A stretch of DNA of 59,169 nucleotides, counting the filler, from Sphacelaria rigidula (lineage: Eukaryota): NCBI GenBank assembly GCA_964200075.2. It is 6 parts of 6 records of this genome, joined end to end, with 100 filler letters (N's around TTAATTAATTAA, not from the genome) between each part and the next. Parts side by side here need not be neighbours in the genome. Positions count along the whole stretch, not along the records: positions 1 to 9,779 come from CAXNAA020007781.1; positions 9,880 to 19,657 come from CAXNAA020007782.1; 4 more parts are not named here. One strand, 5' to 3'. The notes beneath the pieces were generated by a model, which saw nothing but the letters and a program-made list of their open reading frames with translations, had not been told where the DNA came from and did not search any database. Position 1 is the first letter of the stretch, and each line of letters opens with the position of its first letter. Below are positions 1 through 12,312 of this stretch, piece after piece. The position numbers and the translations under genes are program-made.

Positions 1-360
1 CCCCCTCTTTTTTGAGGGGGGTAATATCAGGGAAAATGATGGTTTCATTGGGCCGACAAAAACGTCCTTGGGCACCATCGCTGAAAGTGTGGGAAAAGCA
101 CTGTTTTAGGCTTGAACCTCATCTGGGAGTTGAACCTCAATTCGCACAATTTGTTGTTAATGATACATGTGAAACAACACATAGTAGACATCCGCGTCGA
201 AGTGACCAAAAACAGGGCGAAAAACAAAAAAATGTTCACGTACCACACACGTACTTATTGCCGATACACACCCGACAGACGCAAAAACTACCAGCAAATA
301 TCGAATGATCCACGTAACGCCGTGCATTTCCTTCATCTAGATCTTTCGCTCGTTTTTCAA

Positions 361-516
361 CCCTTCTGGGATCGGACTCTCACAAACATAGGATGTGCAC
401 GCAGGGGCCCTTTCGTGAATCGGCATCATTTTCAGTCGTTCAACAAATTATGATAATTAACAAAAAAATCCCTTGGGTGCAAACCACATGTTTCTGGGAC
501 TCCGGTCCCCAGAGGG
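361..516. mobile_element. piggyBac-like (TTAA-type) non-autonomous MITE, degenerate
   Basis: Termini CCCTTCTGGGA...TCCCCAGAGGG flanked by TCAA/TTAA. Internal GTGAATCGGCATCATTTT motif resembles that of the 6062 and 13764 copies. Confidence 0.55.
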
Positions 517-2463
517 TTAATCTTGTGCCCAACGAACGGATGAACAATCAGGGCGCGTCTGGGCCAGCACAGCAGCGCCAGATACCACCCAGGTACCGCT
601 TATTCCTGGAAACCAAGCACCCTCGTCGTAAGCAGTATAATCAAGATGTCACAGCGCAGAAGCGACTGCCGCTTCTGCTGCGGTCGTCGTTCGTTCACCG
701 CCATCGCGCACGGCCTCTGACGGCATACGATCAACGTCTTCTTCCAAGAATTTTGACAAACTTTCTCACGACCTTTAACGGAAAATGGAGAAAGGCAAAC
801 AACGCGCGGCGAAGTTCGTCGCCTGCAGGAGAACCCGGAAAATATTCCAAACACGGGGGTAGAAAATAATGATATTAATACCTCGCCCGATCCGTATATT
901 TATATTTTCTTCACTCCAACGTTGACAAGCCAGGGGGGGGGGGGGGGGGCTTGCACACAAGTACTGCCACCGCGTGAAAGAAACAAGAGCGAAAGCACAT
1001 ATAATCAAATTTTTGTCAGGACGCTATCCCTAGTTTATCTAGGGCTCTGCAGTTGTCAGACTGGGGGTTCTGCAACGGGAGCAAGCAGGCTCATACGTAG
1101 GGGATGATGACCGAAGCGATCAAACAAGCGAACGACAGTTGCGTACGTCTCCCGATCGATATTCCTGTGCCCGTGCACGGGTTCAAATTTCTCGCAGAGC
1201 CGGATGGAAATATCATGACGCCAACACACATCCATAAAGCACACATGAAAAAATAATGACGACCTGTCTGCGTAGCAAACGGCTTGCTAACGTGTTTCAC
1301 GTCCCCCTTCCCCCCAACTTCCCGCAAAAATTGCATGTAGACGAAAACATACGCGAGTAAAATTATCGTGCTCCCTATAGTAGCACTACTAATAGTCCAT
1401 CATCTATAATGAAGGAGGAGCGGTACGTGTTCCCAGGGCAAATGCTTATTCAACGTCCTGCTTACACAGCAAAATCGTTCCATACAACACACATCCCTCA
1501 ACAAAATAGGTGAAAACATCACTGAAACGTAAATCCCCTTGATGAACGCCCATAACACGAAAAAAATCACGTAAAAACTGCTTCATTCCTCGTATCCCCG
1601 CCCTATCCCCTAAAAAGAAAGCATTAATTAAAAAAAACGGTTTGGGAAAGCATCGCGTTTCTAGTACAGTAACCCGATCCCATTGTACGTTCTACTATTC
1701 CTCATTTTTTCTAGCTAAGGATCCCAACAAGAAGTAAGCACTACCGGTGGAAACACACACAAACAAATACAGAGCTTTTCAGCGCTTGCGTTTTTTTATA
1801 CACAACCACATCAACTATTGGGTAACCTGTCCGGATACTGGTAGATCGTAGGAAAGCAAGGAGGCACTGAGCACTTTTTATGCAGACACACTTACTCGTC
1901 AGTGTTCATGTATTTATATCTACTTCACAGCACACCGCTATGCCACCGTCAAGGAATCGTACCACAGTAAATACCACTCATCAGCCGAAAATCTTCACCA
2001 AAGCAACATCCAACAAAGGTTGGCGACACGATAACAACGAAAACAACTCACGAATGATTATCACCGCTGTTCATTTTGGAGGGTTATTTTTGTGTTCACC
2101 CTTGTTTCTCGCGTGTGCGTCCTGGTTCACCAAACAGCACCGTGCAAAAAAAATCACCCTAAATACTCCAACCTAAATAAAGCTGGCAGTCAGAACATAA
2201 CGGATAAACTGAAACCGGCATCTATAGTGTAGATATATTTATATGTTTTTAGCATCTTTCCCCCCCCAACCACTCACATATCTGCCCAGACTTCTCTTTT
2301 TACAAGAGATTGTGTTGCGTCTGTGGTGACGCAAGACGACGAGCAGGGGCAACACAGGAAAAACAACAACGGTACCAACAACAAGCACATCGCGCAAACC
2401 CACACACATCCGCGCTCAGCGGAATCAAGACACAACGAGGCAAAAGGCATGAATCGGGGGCCC

Positions 2464-2680
2464 AAATCGGGGGAGCTGCGGGAGTCTCACGATCTGAGCA
2501 GAAAGGTAATGAACCAGAAGTCAACGTTCAGAGAATCGGAAAAATTGTTCTGGTTTCCTCAGCAGATAGGCGAAGAACATTGCCCAACGAACTGGGGTCC
2601 GAAATAACAAACCACAGGAAAAAATCGCCTGTAGACGGGCTGAAATGCTCATATTTTTACAAATACGGATTGGTTGCCAT
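2464..2680. repeat. Half copy (one arm) of the palindromic element at 56864-57322
   Basis: AAATCGGGGGAGCTGCGGGA...AAAAATCGCCTGTAGACGGGCTGAAAT...GTTGCCAT aligns by eye to about 57095-57311. Confidence 0.75.
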
Positions 2681-3179
2681 ATATGGTCTTACACATGTGA
2701 ATAGTCAGTCGATTACGGTTAGTACGATCCCACAAACGGTAAACGACAAACAACAAACAACCGGACCGCGCCGCACCCAACAACGATGGAAACACACCCA
2801 CACAGAGGTAGTCCTTCTCGGGCGAGGAAGGGCAATCGCAAAATCTTGGCGTAACACACAAGAAACATCCAGAAAAAAAAACATAGCAAGAGGACAAAAA
2901 CAACCCACTTCCCGGGCCCACCCCGCTACAACTTCGCTCTAACCCCTGCGGCCGGCAGCCAGCTACCTGTACGTACATCGCGCGTATAACCTTCCTCCGA
3001 AGCTTTTGTGCTTTCTATTGGTATAGGCGCAAAAAAATATCAACCAGCAGCAGTACAGCTCGTACAGAGGTACCACATGTTAGGATACTTCTACGTCGAC
3101 AAGTCCGTCGCTCTCGCAAGAGGCCTTTAAAGAAAACAAAATCGCAAAAAAAAAGGATCCAAGGGAAGAGAAGGTATTC

Positions 3180-6100
3180 TCAGCTAGCTAGCCCTAGACC
3201 TCCGCAGCACGCAAACGGTCGCCAGTTGGCAAGCGCAGTTAAGACCTCCTGGACACCGGCACTATCGCCTCTGCCGCCCCTACCAACGCTGCTGCGACCG
3301 CCCGCGCCTTCATGATCACACGTACCCGAACCTTCATAATGTACACCGTCGAAGTGACCGCTGCCCCCCCTGCCCTCCTCCGAAACGCTACCTCTGTCGT
3401 CCACGGTACCGCGGGCATCGTCCGCACCCTCCGGTACCGACACATCGTTCCCCTCCTCTCCTGTCTGTGCCCCGTCGCATGTACCCCTAATCGCCCAAAC
3501 ACCGGCGGCCGCGCCACCGTCAGTGCGAAAGCACTGAGACGACTCCTGGTCGGTGACACGCGCAAACATAGACTCTGTCTCCAACAACTGGGGCGGGGGA
3601 CTGGCAACCGTACCAGCGCTTGATCTGCCACCACCACCACCACTAGTGCTAGCACGCGCAGTCCCTCCGCTGCAGACGGCACCTTGCCGTTTCTCTTCTC
3701 CTTCCACTTGTTGCCGCTGTTGCTGCAGCCGCCCGCCGCAATCACGTTCACTAAAGCTGACCCGGCAACCCGCGAGGATCTCGTGAGCGCTACCGCGGCT
3801 CCCGAGGGGTACGGAGGGCGCAGAGGCTCCGCCGGAGGCGGGGCAGAAGGATGGGGAAGGATGGGATGTTGCTGTCGAGTTGCTGTTGATGTTGTCGTGA
3901 TCGTCGTTGTTACACGCGCTGACGCCGAGGCCCCCGCAGCCCCAGCTCGGAGAGTGAAGCGGGGAGCAGTACGAATCAACGCCAGCTTCGTCGCTGCCAA
4001 CTGTGAAGGGGGCCGTGGTGGGGGTGGTGTTGGCGTTGAACACCTGGTCCGTTTCTGTGGCGCTGAGCCTGAGATGCCGCTGTAGTCGTTCCTGGAGACG
4101 GCTTGCTTCGTTCTACGCGGATGTCGGGGGACGGAGGCGGTCGGTCGGTTGGCCAGGGGGGAGGAGGGGGGGCGTCGACTTCATGACGTGTGTGCGTGTG
4201 GTTAGGAAAAGATATAAAGATTGCCCTCCCTCGGTATGTAAGATTTCAGTGTGTCACACACAAAACTTCTCCCTACGATGTCATCTGCTAGACGTGTACT
4301 TTTTAGGGGAGAAGCAGACGGACGCTGCAGCTGCAGTGCTACAGAGTAATGTATCGGTAACTGTTGCTTTCCGTTTCACATTACCCGGTAACCTCGTTCT
4401 TGCACCTCTGTAAAAACTGTAGGCCATGGTCACTCTTTTTGTCGTGATTTGGTATGCACCTGACGAAGCTCACTCGGTGGACATGTAGGGCCGACAAAAC
4501 TGTCGGGTAGCCTTCTCAAGCCCACCTGCTCAGCTCTCCCAGAAAAACAAGGCACTCGTTGAGCCTCGTTTTTGTCAAAGCCTGGAGGGGTCTACCCGTT
4601 CTTCAGCGAGTGCTCTCGAGGTAACGTACGCACTCTCACAGTGAACAAGCATATACTCTCCTGCGGCGATACTTTCCCGGGGGCAGAATAGCTGGTTGCA
4701 TTTTCCGCGCAATTGCTCGTCACCGAAACTAAACAGGGAGCCAAAAAGAATAGGTTAACGAAAGACTAGAACCCCCCACCTAGTCCCCCCACAATCTCTC
4801 GAACTTGTAATACACATATATTTGTATATGTTCACCAACCCCCCCAAAAAAAGTGCCCGCACCTCTTTCTTGAAGAACCCACGACTATTGACGAGAATCC
4901 CCGGGGGACTGGGCTCCAACAAAGACGACCCCTTGTCACGCGCCCCATCAGGCTCGGCTGCTGCCATCGTATCGTCGTCGCCGTGTCCTGCCCCGTTCCC
5001 ATCCCTCTTCCTCCAACCGCACCTGAGAATGTCGCGCTGCTGCTCCGGCGAGAACAGGTCGGCCTGACAATCCTCACTGTCCTTGTCGGTATAGGGCAAT
5101 GCCGTCGAGTACGGAGCCAATCGAAAAAAAGGTCGTACGTTTCTGTCGCTGCCGCCGCTCTCGCTGCCGCCGCCACCGCCGCCGCTACATCTGCCTGACG
5201 AAGGCAAACGATCACCGTTGCCCGTACTGCCGTCAGAGTGGCACATGAAGTTGCTACTTCTCCGATCCGTAAGCCCGCTGAGGTAGCCCCCCCTGCCGCC
5301 GCTACGGCTACCCCGGCTACCCGATAGCACGCGGAAACCGTTGCTCGTGCTGCCGTCAGAGTGGCACATGTAATGTCCGCTTCTTCGATCTGTAAATCCG
5401 CCGCAGAAGCCGCCGCCGCTGTAGGCGCTGCCGGGGCTTCTGCCGCGACCGGCACTCGGAATGCCCTTCGTGGGGCCCAGGAGAGCCTTCATCGGGGTGA
5501 GAAGTGCCAGCTCTGAGTGTGCTTCTTCGAGGTCTTCGTACAGGTGACGCTCCCTAGCCTGGCTGGATCGCTTTAGTTCTGCAACGATAACGATGATGAT
5601 GCATTTCCCAAGATAATGGAATACAAGCAGAGTGGCATAATAAATGATCGTGGGGCGGAGGAAGCGGCGGCGGCGGGAGGGGGGGATGGGGGGGGTGAGA
5701 GCTTGGACGTCCCCCTGGGTCTGATGGTGCTGGGCACATGTACGTGTCATGTGCCTATGATTGGCTGATTTTGGTCCAACACTTGCCATTTCCCGAGATT
5801 TTGAGCACCCCCAAATAAACTCTGAGCAGTTTCGTGCAGATGTTTGTGCACACTCGGTTCCAGTATATTCGGCATAACATCCCATCAGGAGCCAAAGACG
5901 ACTCATCACATGTCTCACGAAGGTGCAGACCATCCACGGCTAGCACGCACACTTGGAAGAGTCAGGAAAACATCATCACACAGAGCCAAGTCGAGTAATT
6001 TTTTCAAACATGATTACGAAGGCACCTGGTATAAAAGACCAAGAGACACCAGTAAAGTTAACCCTTTGGGAACCCACTGACGATTCTCGTTTTTGTGAGT

Positions 6101-9100
6101 CGGCATCATTTTGACCTGAAATGACTGAAATGATGCCTACTCACAAAAACAATAATCATCAATGGGTTCCAAAAGGGTTAAGACCGGTCGGAACATGGAA
6201 CCTCGACAACGATCTTCACGTTCGAGTGATCTCGCGTTTCTAGGACGAAGACATGGGCATCACGAATGCCTCGCGGGGACGTCCATCATCAACTCTACCT
6301 CGGCAGGAAAATGGAGAAAACACATGAAGAATAATCCCCTGCTGAGCCTCGCAAATATATTTTCATATTTTGCACGATATTTCCTCTCAGTGAAATTGAG
6401 TCACTGTGGTTCACAGTACTTGGTGTGGTGGGACCTCTCGTCTCGGCAAGGCGAGCAGACAGAACGGTCGGGTCCCTCAAACCATTTCCCCCTGTCGGCC
6501 CCTACAGTACCAACTCCCCTACTAATTCCACGTCATTTCGCGCCGCGAAAAAACGCCCTGATCACTGTTATGGGGGTGAATGGGGGGCAGTTTTGGGCGC
6601 TATATTTCGTGAAAGTGTAGATCGACACCCGTCTACTGAAGAAATGAAGCGTACATGAGCCAACCAGTATCATCACAAGTATACGCGTCACCTCGAAGTT
6701 ACGACCTGACCCAAATGAAATGTATTATAAAAATAGTACATTTCTGTAACAAGCAGTCACTGATGTTGCTGTACGTCTGTACATAGGGTCACGACAGGAC
6801 AGAAGCTGCTGCTCGTGCTGTTGTTGTGCCAATCTTTCACTTTTGATCAACAAAGCAGAGGATTGGGCCGCGGTTTCTAGCGCACGCTTGCCACGCACTC
6901 AAACTAGCCAAACGATCAAGTAAATCTCTTGACGCGTGACACAAACGCCACACCAAACCAAAATGTACAATAAAAGGGTGTGTTTAGTTTTCATTTTGTG
7001 GGGGGTTTCGGGTCCGCTGTGGCGAATTGAGCGAATCCCTGGCTTGATCCCCTGGCTTTTGCGGGCATGCAGGAGGCTGAGAAGTGCCACAGGTCGGCTT
7101 GCTTCCTGTGTCGAGAAAAACGCGATGGAAGTGCTCAGCTGTCGCATACCAAAACCCGGTTCATTAGGGATGGAGCGTGTGCCCTACTCGGAACAGCTGA
7201 TGACGCGTTTATTATTCCACCGCGTTTTCCCCTTTTTTTTTTCCTGCATGGGTCTGTTTGCTCGTCATGGCCCTCATTCACCTCCATAACTGTAGCTTGA
7301 AGTGACCTGAAGCAGAAATGTGTAAATTGTTTTTTTTCCTTTGGCCACATTCCAAATAAAATGGTAAGTAAACACCAACTCATCGAAAACAGGCGACGGT
7401 GTCGCCCCTCTGCCCCTCCCTGTACTCACCTTCTAGCTCCGTTTGGCTTATGGTGGCCAGCTCCATGCTCGTGTCAAGAGCTTCCCTGTTCGAGTACGCA
7501 CACAACACGCACACAAATCAGCAAATTGGGTACGAGTAACACCTTCACGCCCAGGTCACGGTTGGACGTGGGTTATAGGGCTCCGATGGGGGGTGGCGGA
7601 GGGGGAGGTTGGTGGGGGGTTGGAATACGAATTTGAACTGTATTTAGCAAATACCACAAATGTGCAAAAGCTAAGTCCTTACCCGCGTAGCAAATCAGTG
7701 GAACATGGCATGTAGAGGAAGCGTCATTGATTGAGTTGACGTCTGGCAAGTGCTTAGACTTACGCCACACACGACAACGCGCGTGAAGATGCGCATATCC
7801 CCATTGAGTCGAATCAACCGCGGTCAGCTACTACGCGCTGTGATCACAGGTGAGCGTACATGGTTGTGTCGGGGCTGTTCGACTGTGGTAACCAGCAGTA
7901 CGACTCAAGATATCAATCCGACCGTTCGACCGTGGCGACTCGTCGTGCGACTCAAGATATCACTCGAGACCGAGACTAAAGAACACATCGCCCGCCCCGA
8001 CATGCAGACAACAGCCGTGGTGGCGTGCCCCAGGGACCAGGGACCTTCACACGCGGAGTACACCTTCCATTTGACTTTGCAGAGTCCGTGACGAATGCAG
8101 ACCAGTATTCATAGCATGAACACTTTTACACGTATGGTTGCGGTATGCTCGGGTGTCACATGATTCAAGACCCCTGAGTGCCGGGCACAAAACAAGAAAT
8201 TCTAAACTGATATCAAGGGGTCAGAATCATGCAATTGCCGGAGTCGATCCTCTTCCGCCGGTATCTTTGAATAAACTCTTGTGAGCACCCACATTCAACT
8301 GAGTATCTATCTACGCCTTTTCAATGGATTTTGCTGGCGTGACTGCCAGCACCAAATACTCAGAAAAAATAGCTTGGGTGCTCGAAGGTATCAAGGGGTA
8401 CTTACGCAGAGCATTCTTTTTTACAGTCGCTCCAATTTCACTCACTCGCTATCGATGACGCAGTATCCTATACTGCACGCAACACATGGTGCGTACATAG
8501 CTGGGCTGGGTCATTTACTTCAAGCCTCGACAATCATGGCAGCACATCGAGCAAGTTCGAGTGGATGGTGCAGCGCTTGCACAGCTCTATTTCCCAGATT
8601 AAGCAGGGGAGCTACAGATGTCTCAGGGTCTGTACCTCGAAAGCTTCCAAATCGGGAAAAACGAGGGACGGAGGGGAGAGGTGCATCGCATGTTTCTCTT
8701 ATTTTTGACCATAACGCAAGTATATTGTGTATGGTATTATCCAGATGGGAAAAAAGGTGGCCCTGGGCTGCGAGAAATCTGTACAAAAACTGATTTGTGA
8801 TCCAGAGGCGTTGCCTGGAGCGTAAGGGATCCACATTGGTTTGGTCATTCAGAACCTACGTGCCACCTTACTCTTCTGTCCACGTCTTGATTTCGGAAAG
8901 TGTTTATTCGAAAATCAGAGAGGTTGGATGACAGCACGGATAAAAGTACCCGCCAACCACGCTTTCTGCGATTTTGTCGTGAAGAAACGCGCGCGCAAAA
9001 AAAAACGCAAAAGAGGAGTTCAGGCTTTGAAATATAACAATTTCGTCCCAAAAACAAAATTGTAAGTCACAGGAAGGTGTTGGCTCTTGAGGCCGAAGTC

Positions 9101-9426
9101 GTATTTTTCCAATGAACTGGGGAAGGGAGGAGAAGCGGATTGATCCCTCCACAACGCGGATTCGTCCCGAAGCAGGGTACAAGTTGAAAGTGTGACGAAA
9201 ACAGAGGGGGGTGGGGGAGCAGTAGCACGATGATGACCGGCAACTGTTCACGCTTTGGAAGCCCAAAAACTCAAACCACCGTATACCTGAGGGCGTCGAT
9301 TTCTGCCTGCGCTCGCCGTTCCTTCTCCTGAGTCTGCTCCAAAGCCTCTTCTTTGTCTCTTACCGCCTCCGATTTCCGTCGCCGATCCTCTTGAAGAAAT
9401 TCTAGTTCTCTTTGGGTCGCGAACAG
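3180..9426 (-). CDS. Coiled-coil protein with long Gly/Ser-rich low-complexity C-terminus, 5'-partial, function unknown
   Basis: Four GT-AG, phase-compatible exons: 9426-9287, 7485-7430, 5578-4863, 4112-3180 (stop). Joined reading LFATQRELEFLQEDRRRKSEAVRDKEEALEQTQEKERRAQAEIDALR-EALDTSMELATISQTELE-ELKRSSQARERHLYEDLEEAHSELALL...FFKKE-NEASRLQERLQRHL...FACCGGLGLAS*. Start codon not found before the contig end. Confidence 0.75.
6062..6177. mobile_element. piggyBac-like MITE (TTAA target duplication)
   Basis: TTAA|CCCTTTGGGAACCCA...TGGGTTCCAAAAGGG|TTAA, nearly palindromic throughout. Lies in an intron. Confidence 0.8.
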
Positions 9427-9779
9427 CTAGAATTGGCATGAACCAGGGGCAGCAGCATAAGTAGCAGCGCATCGAGTATTTTCGGATCATTTTTTGTGCA
9501 AAGTACATACTGTTCGTTTCAGCGAGCACCTTGAAATGCGTCGGGCAGGGTGCTTTGGATAGGGGAGGCGGGCTGAGTAACGGGGCGGAACCTTTTGATG
9601 AGGTTTCCCCACGTCAGCCGGAATATATGTTCACATTCAACAAGGTTTTCGTGAGATTGAGAGTTGGGTGCGGATTGAGAGTGGCTTTGATCCTTCGCTT
9701 TAACTTGGCCAATTTGTCATTTCGTGTATGCTTTTCGTCGTCTCATCACTGCCATGTGCTTACAGCTAGACGTTGATAT

Positions 9780-9879
9780 NNNNNNNNNNNNNNNNNNNNN
9801 NNNNNNNNNNNNNNNNNNNNNNNTTAATTAATTAANNNNNNNNNNNNNNNNNNNNNNNNNNNNNNNNNNNNNNNNNNNN
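9780..9879. other. Artificial contig-joining linker (N44-TTAATTAATTAA-N44)
   Basis: 100-nt spacer with stops in all six frames. Repeated every 9878 nt. Confidence 0.97.
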
Positions 9880-11612
9880 ACTGCAAGTCATCGGCAGAGG
9901 GATACGCAGAATTCATGACGGTAGTTCATTTTGTCTTTCCACGGCCATCCCATCGTTTGATTGTTTCTTTTTTTGTTTTATTTTATTTCATTTGCTTTGT
10001 GCTTTCCTCTTGTTTTCCTTCTTCTTACTTTAGGTCAGCCATTTCTTTCTGTGCTTTGCTTGTGTTGACTTTTTTTATTATTTTTTGTCACGACTTAGTC
10101 TGATATGTCGTTCCGTTCGACCACTCTCGTGTTTTATTCTTCTGTTTCTGTTTTTTATTTTTTTCTTGCAGCGTGTTTGAGTTTCGTTTTTCTTGGGTAC
10201 GTCTATCATGAGACCACAGCTGGACCCCGGGGGGATCAGTTCAAGTGCGACAACCAACCAATCAATCAATCAAACGGCCCACCTGGGTTTAGTGCTTCGT
10301 GAAAATGACCACATCGTAGCATGTACATTCCTTCCCGGTTTTTCCGGTTGACCCTTGGTGTAATTACTACGTTTTAGTATAAGATTGTGCCCCGAAAAAC
10401 CCACCGGAAAACTCGGGAACACTGTACTGAGTGCAAGTAATATCATATGACCACGTTCCGACCGCCCTGCTCTTGGAAACCTGGGAAGGCTTATCTGGGC
10501 CAGAGATGGGGCCCCCACACGATATTTGCGGTGGCATCACACTCGCCAACAACCCCCGCGCTGGTCGTTCGAGTCTGGTCGATAAATTTCGCCTCGCCGT
10601 GATTGGGCAGGTCGCTTCTTCACTTATTTTCAACTATTTCGCTAACGCAGGGTCAACCATGTGTTAGTGTGGGGTCGGTCCCAAAAGGGTTAACTCGCAT
10701 GCTCGTGACGTCAAAGACTGGAACGAACCCACGGCTATTCTCGCACTGGGCGATGATGATAATGATGATCATGATGATCATGATGATAATGATGCCATGT
10801 ATTATGAGTTTGACAACAGGTACTGCGCGTCGTCGTCGACAGGGTTTGGCGACGTGTAACATGTCGGTCAGCATTGCAGTGTACAGTAGTATGCCGCTTT
10901 CCCGGTTTTTCGCTGTTTGTTCGACCGCACGATAAATCAATCGTTTGGAGTCGACCGTGGACGCTTTTGCTAAAAACCTGTTTTTTTGGCAAGACCGCGG
11001 CCCTCCGCTCAGCCCCAAGAGGGTCACGTTCCGCCGCATGTCGCCACCAANNNNNNNNNNTTTTTCACTTTTTTTTTCCCCCCCACAAAATTTAATGTTT
11101 TTCAGTCGCCCCGCCCCCCCTTCTCCAAAAACCCTTTTTTTTTTCCCCCCCCCCCCCCCTCCACGTCATTCTGTAGTTATAACCGCTCCCCTTCTACTAT
11201 CGATCAATCGTGCGGCGTCCATCGTGAACGATCGTGCTTGAAACCTGGTTTGCTGCTTTCCTTTGTTTGCGTAATACGCGGGCCGTTTCCCATCAATTTG
11301 TTTTCGACTCGAAAACGTACGGTGGAATCGAATTTGCTCGTAGCTGATACGTCCACGGCATTCATGTTCTCAACCATCTGAGAAAATTAGTAGAGTTGAC
11401 GAATCAGAAATCGGTCGATTTAGCTGGCAGCCAGTTCTTCTGCTGCTACCGTAGTGTCTGCCCTCACGCGTGGGGGAGCATACGCTGCATATGAGGCTAG
11501 TTAACCGGCGTTGGGCTATAAATGTCCATTGTTGACACATTTTTTTACAAGTATCGCTACACCTAACCCCAACCCCAACCTGACGCATACCGAGAACCCT
11601 CGGGCAAGGGTG

Positions 11613-11750
11613 CACACCCTGGACAAGGGAATACACTATAAAAAAGTGTACTGTGTACAGTATTGACTATTGCGCCTATTGCAGAAGAAAATATGTTGCA
11701 TACTGTACGCAGTACATTCATTCATGATGAAATCTATTGTCCAGGGTGTG
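11613..11750. mobile_element. MITE, CACACCCTGGACAA-TIR family, 8-bp TSD (hAT/P-like)
   Basis: TIRs CACACCCTGGACAA / TTGTCCAGGGTGTG. Perfect TSD CAAGGGTG at 11605-11612 and 11751-11758. Confidence 0.85.
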
Positions 11751-12312
11751 CAAGGGTGGTACATGCATTACCTGGACAAAGTGCGGCCTTGGGACACCCC
11801 GAATTGGCGCCTGTCAACGAAAACGCGTTCTGCGTACGCGAGGAGCACACGGGACTGTCAGCCCTCCTAAACATCCGATTATCGTTGTATACACTCAAAT
11901 AAAGTAATGTGTCAACCATGAACATTTGTAGCCCAACGCCGGTTAGCTCTGCTGCTGCAAATCGCCGCTGCAGTGACATATTCATGCATCCTCTCGTCCC
12001 ACCAGGTAAATGAGTCAAGCTGGTATAGTGGGGGTCTGAATGAAAGATCTGTCTGATGCTACGGGGGAAAAAAAAAGAGAAGCAGCAAATCTTTCACACG
12101 TTCTATTCCTTTCAAATGACAACGCACTCATTACCTACCGTAACTGTATCTGGTATATTCTATACAGTTATCGTACGTGATGACAACCGAACAAATCTTT
12201 CATGGTACTCCGTGGGAAGTCACGCCGAAGTCTTCAACTTTTTCCACACGTCTGTTTCGCCTTTCCTGTTTCGCCTCCGGAACTGCATGCCCCCTGCGTA
12301 CACAAAATACAG

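Noticed and set aside
730-3017. Possible small minus-strand exons (about 3016-2977, 2321-2279, 1263-1097, 822-730) giving ...VWADMSSLFFHVCFMDVCW...LRDELRRALFAFL...
   Set aside because: Splice-like sites exist, but several frame combinations are possible and no start or family was recognised. The region could be the 3' UTR of the coiled-coil gene.
4486-6505. TAGGGCCGACA / TGTCGGCCCCTA inverted pair flanking an exon (exon capture by a transposon)
   Set aside because: The match is short and imperfect, no TSD is seen, and the enclosed exon splices normally with its neighbours.
9824-9835. TTAATTAATTAA recurring every 9878 nt as a biological periodic motif
   Set aside because: It is always centred in N-runs and encodes stops in all frames, so it is an assembly spacer.
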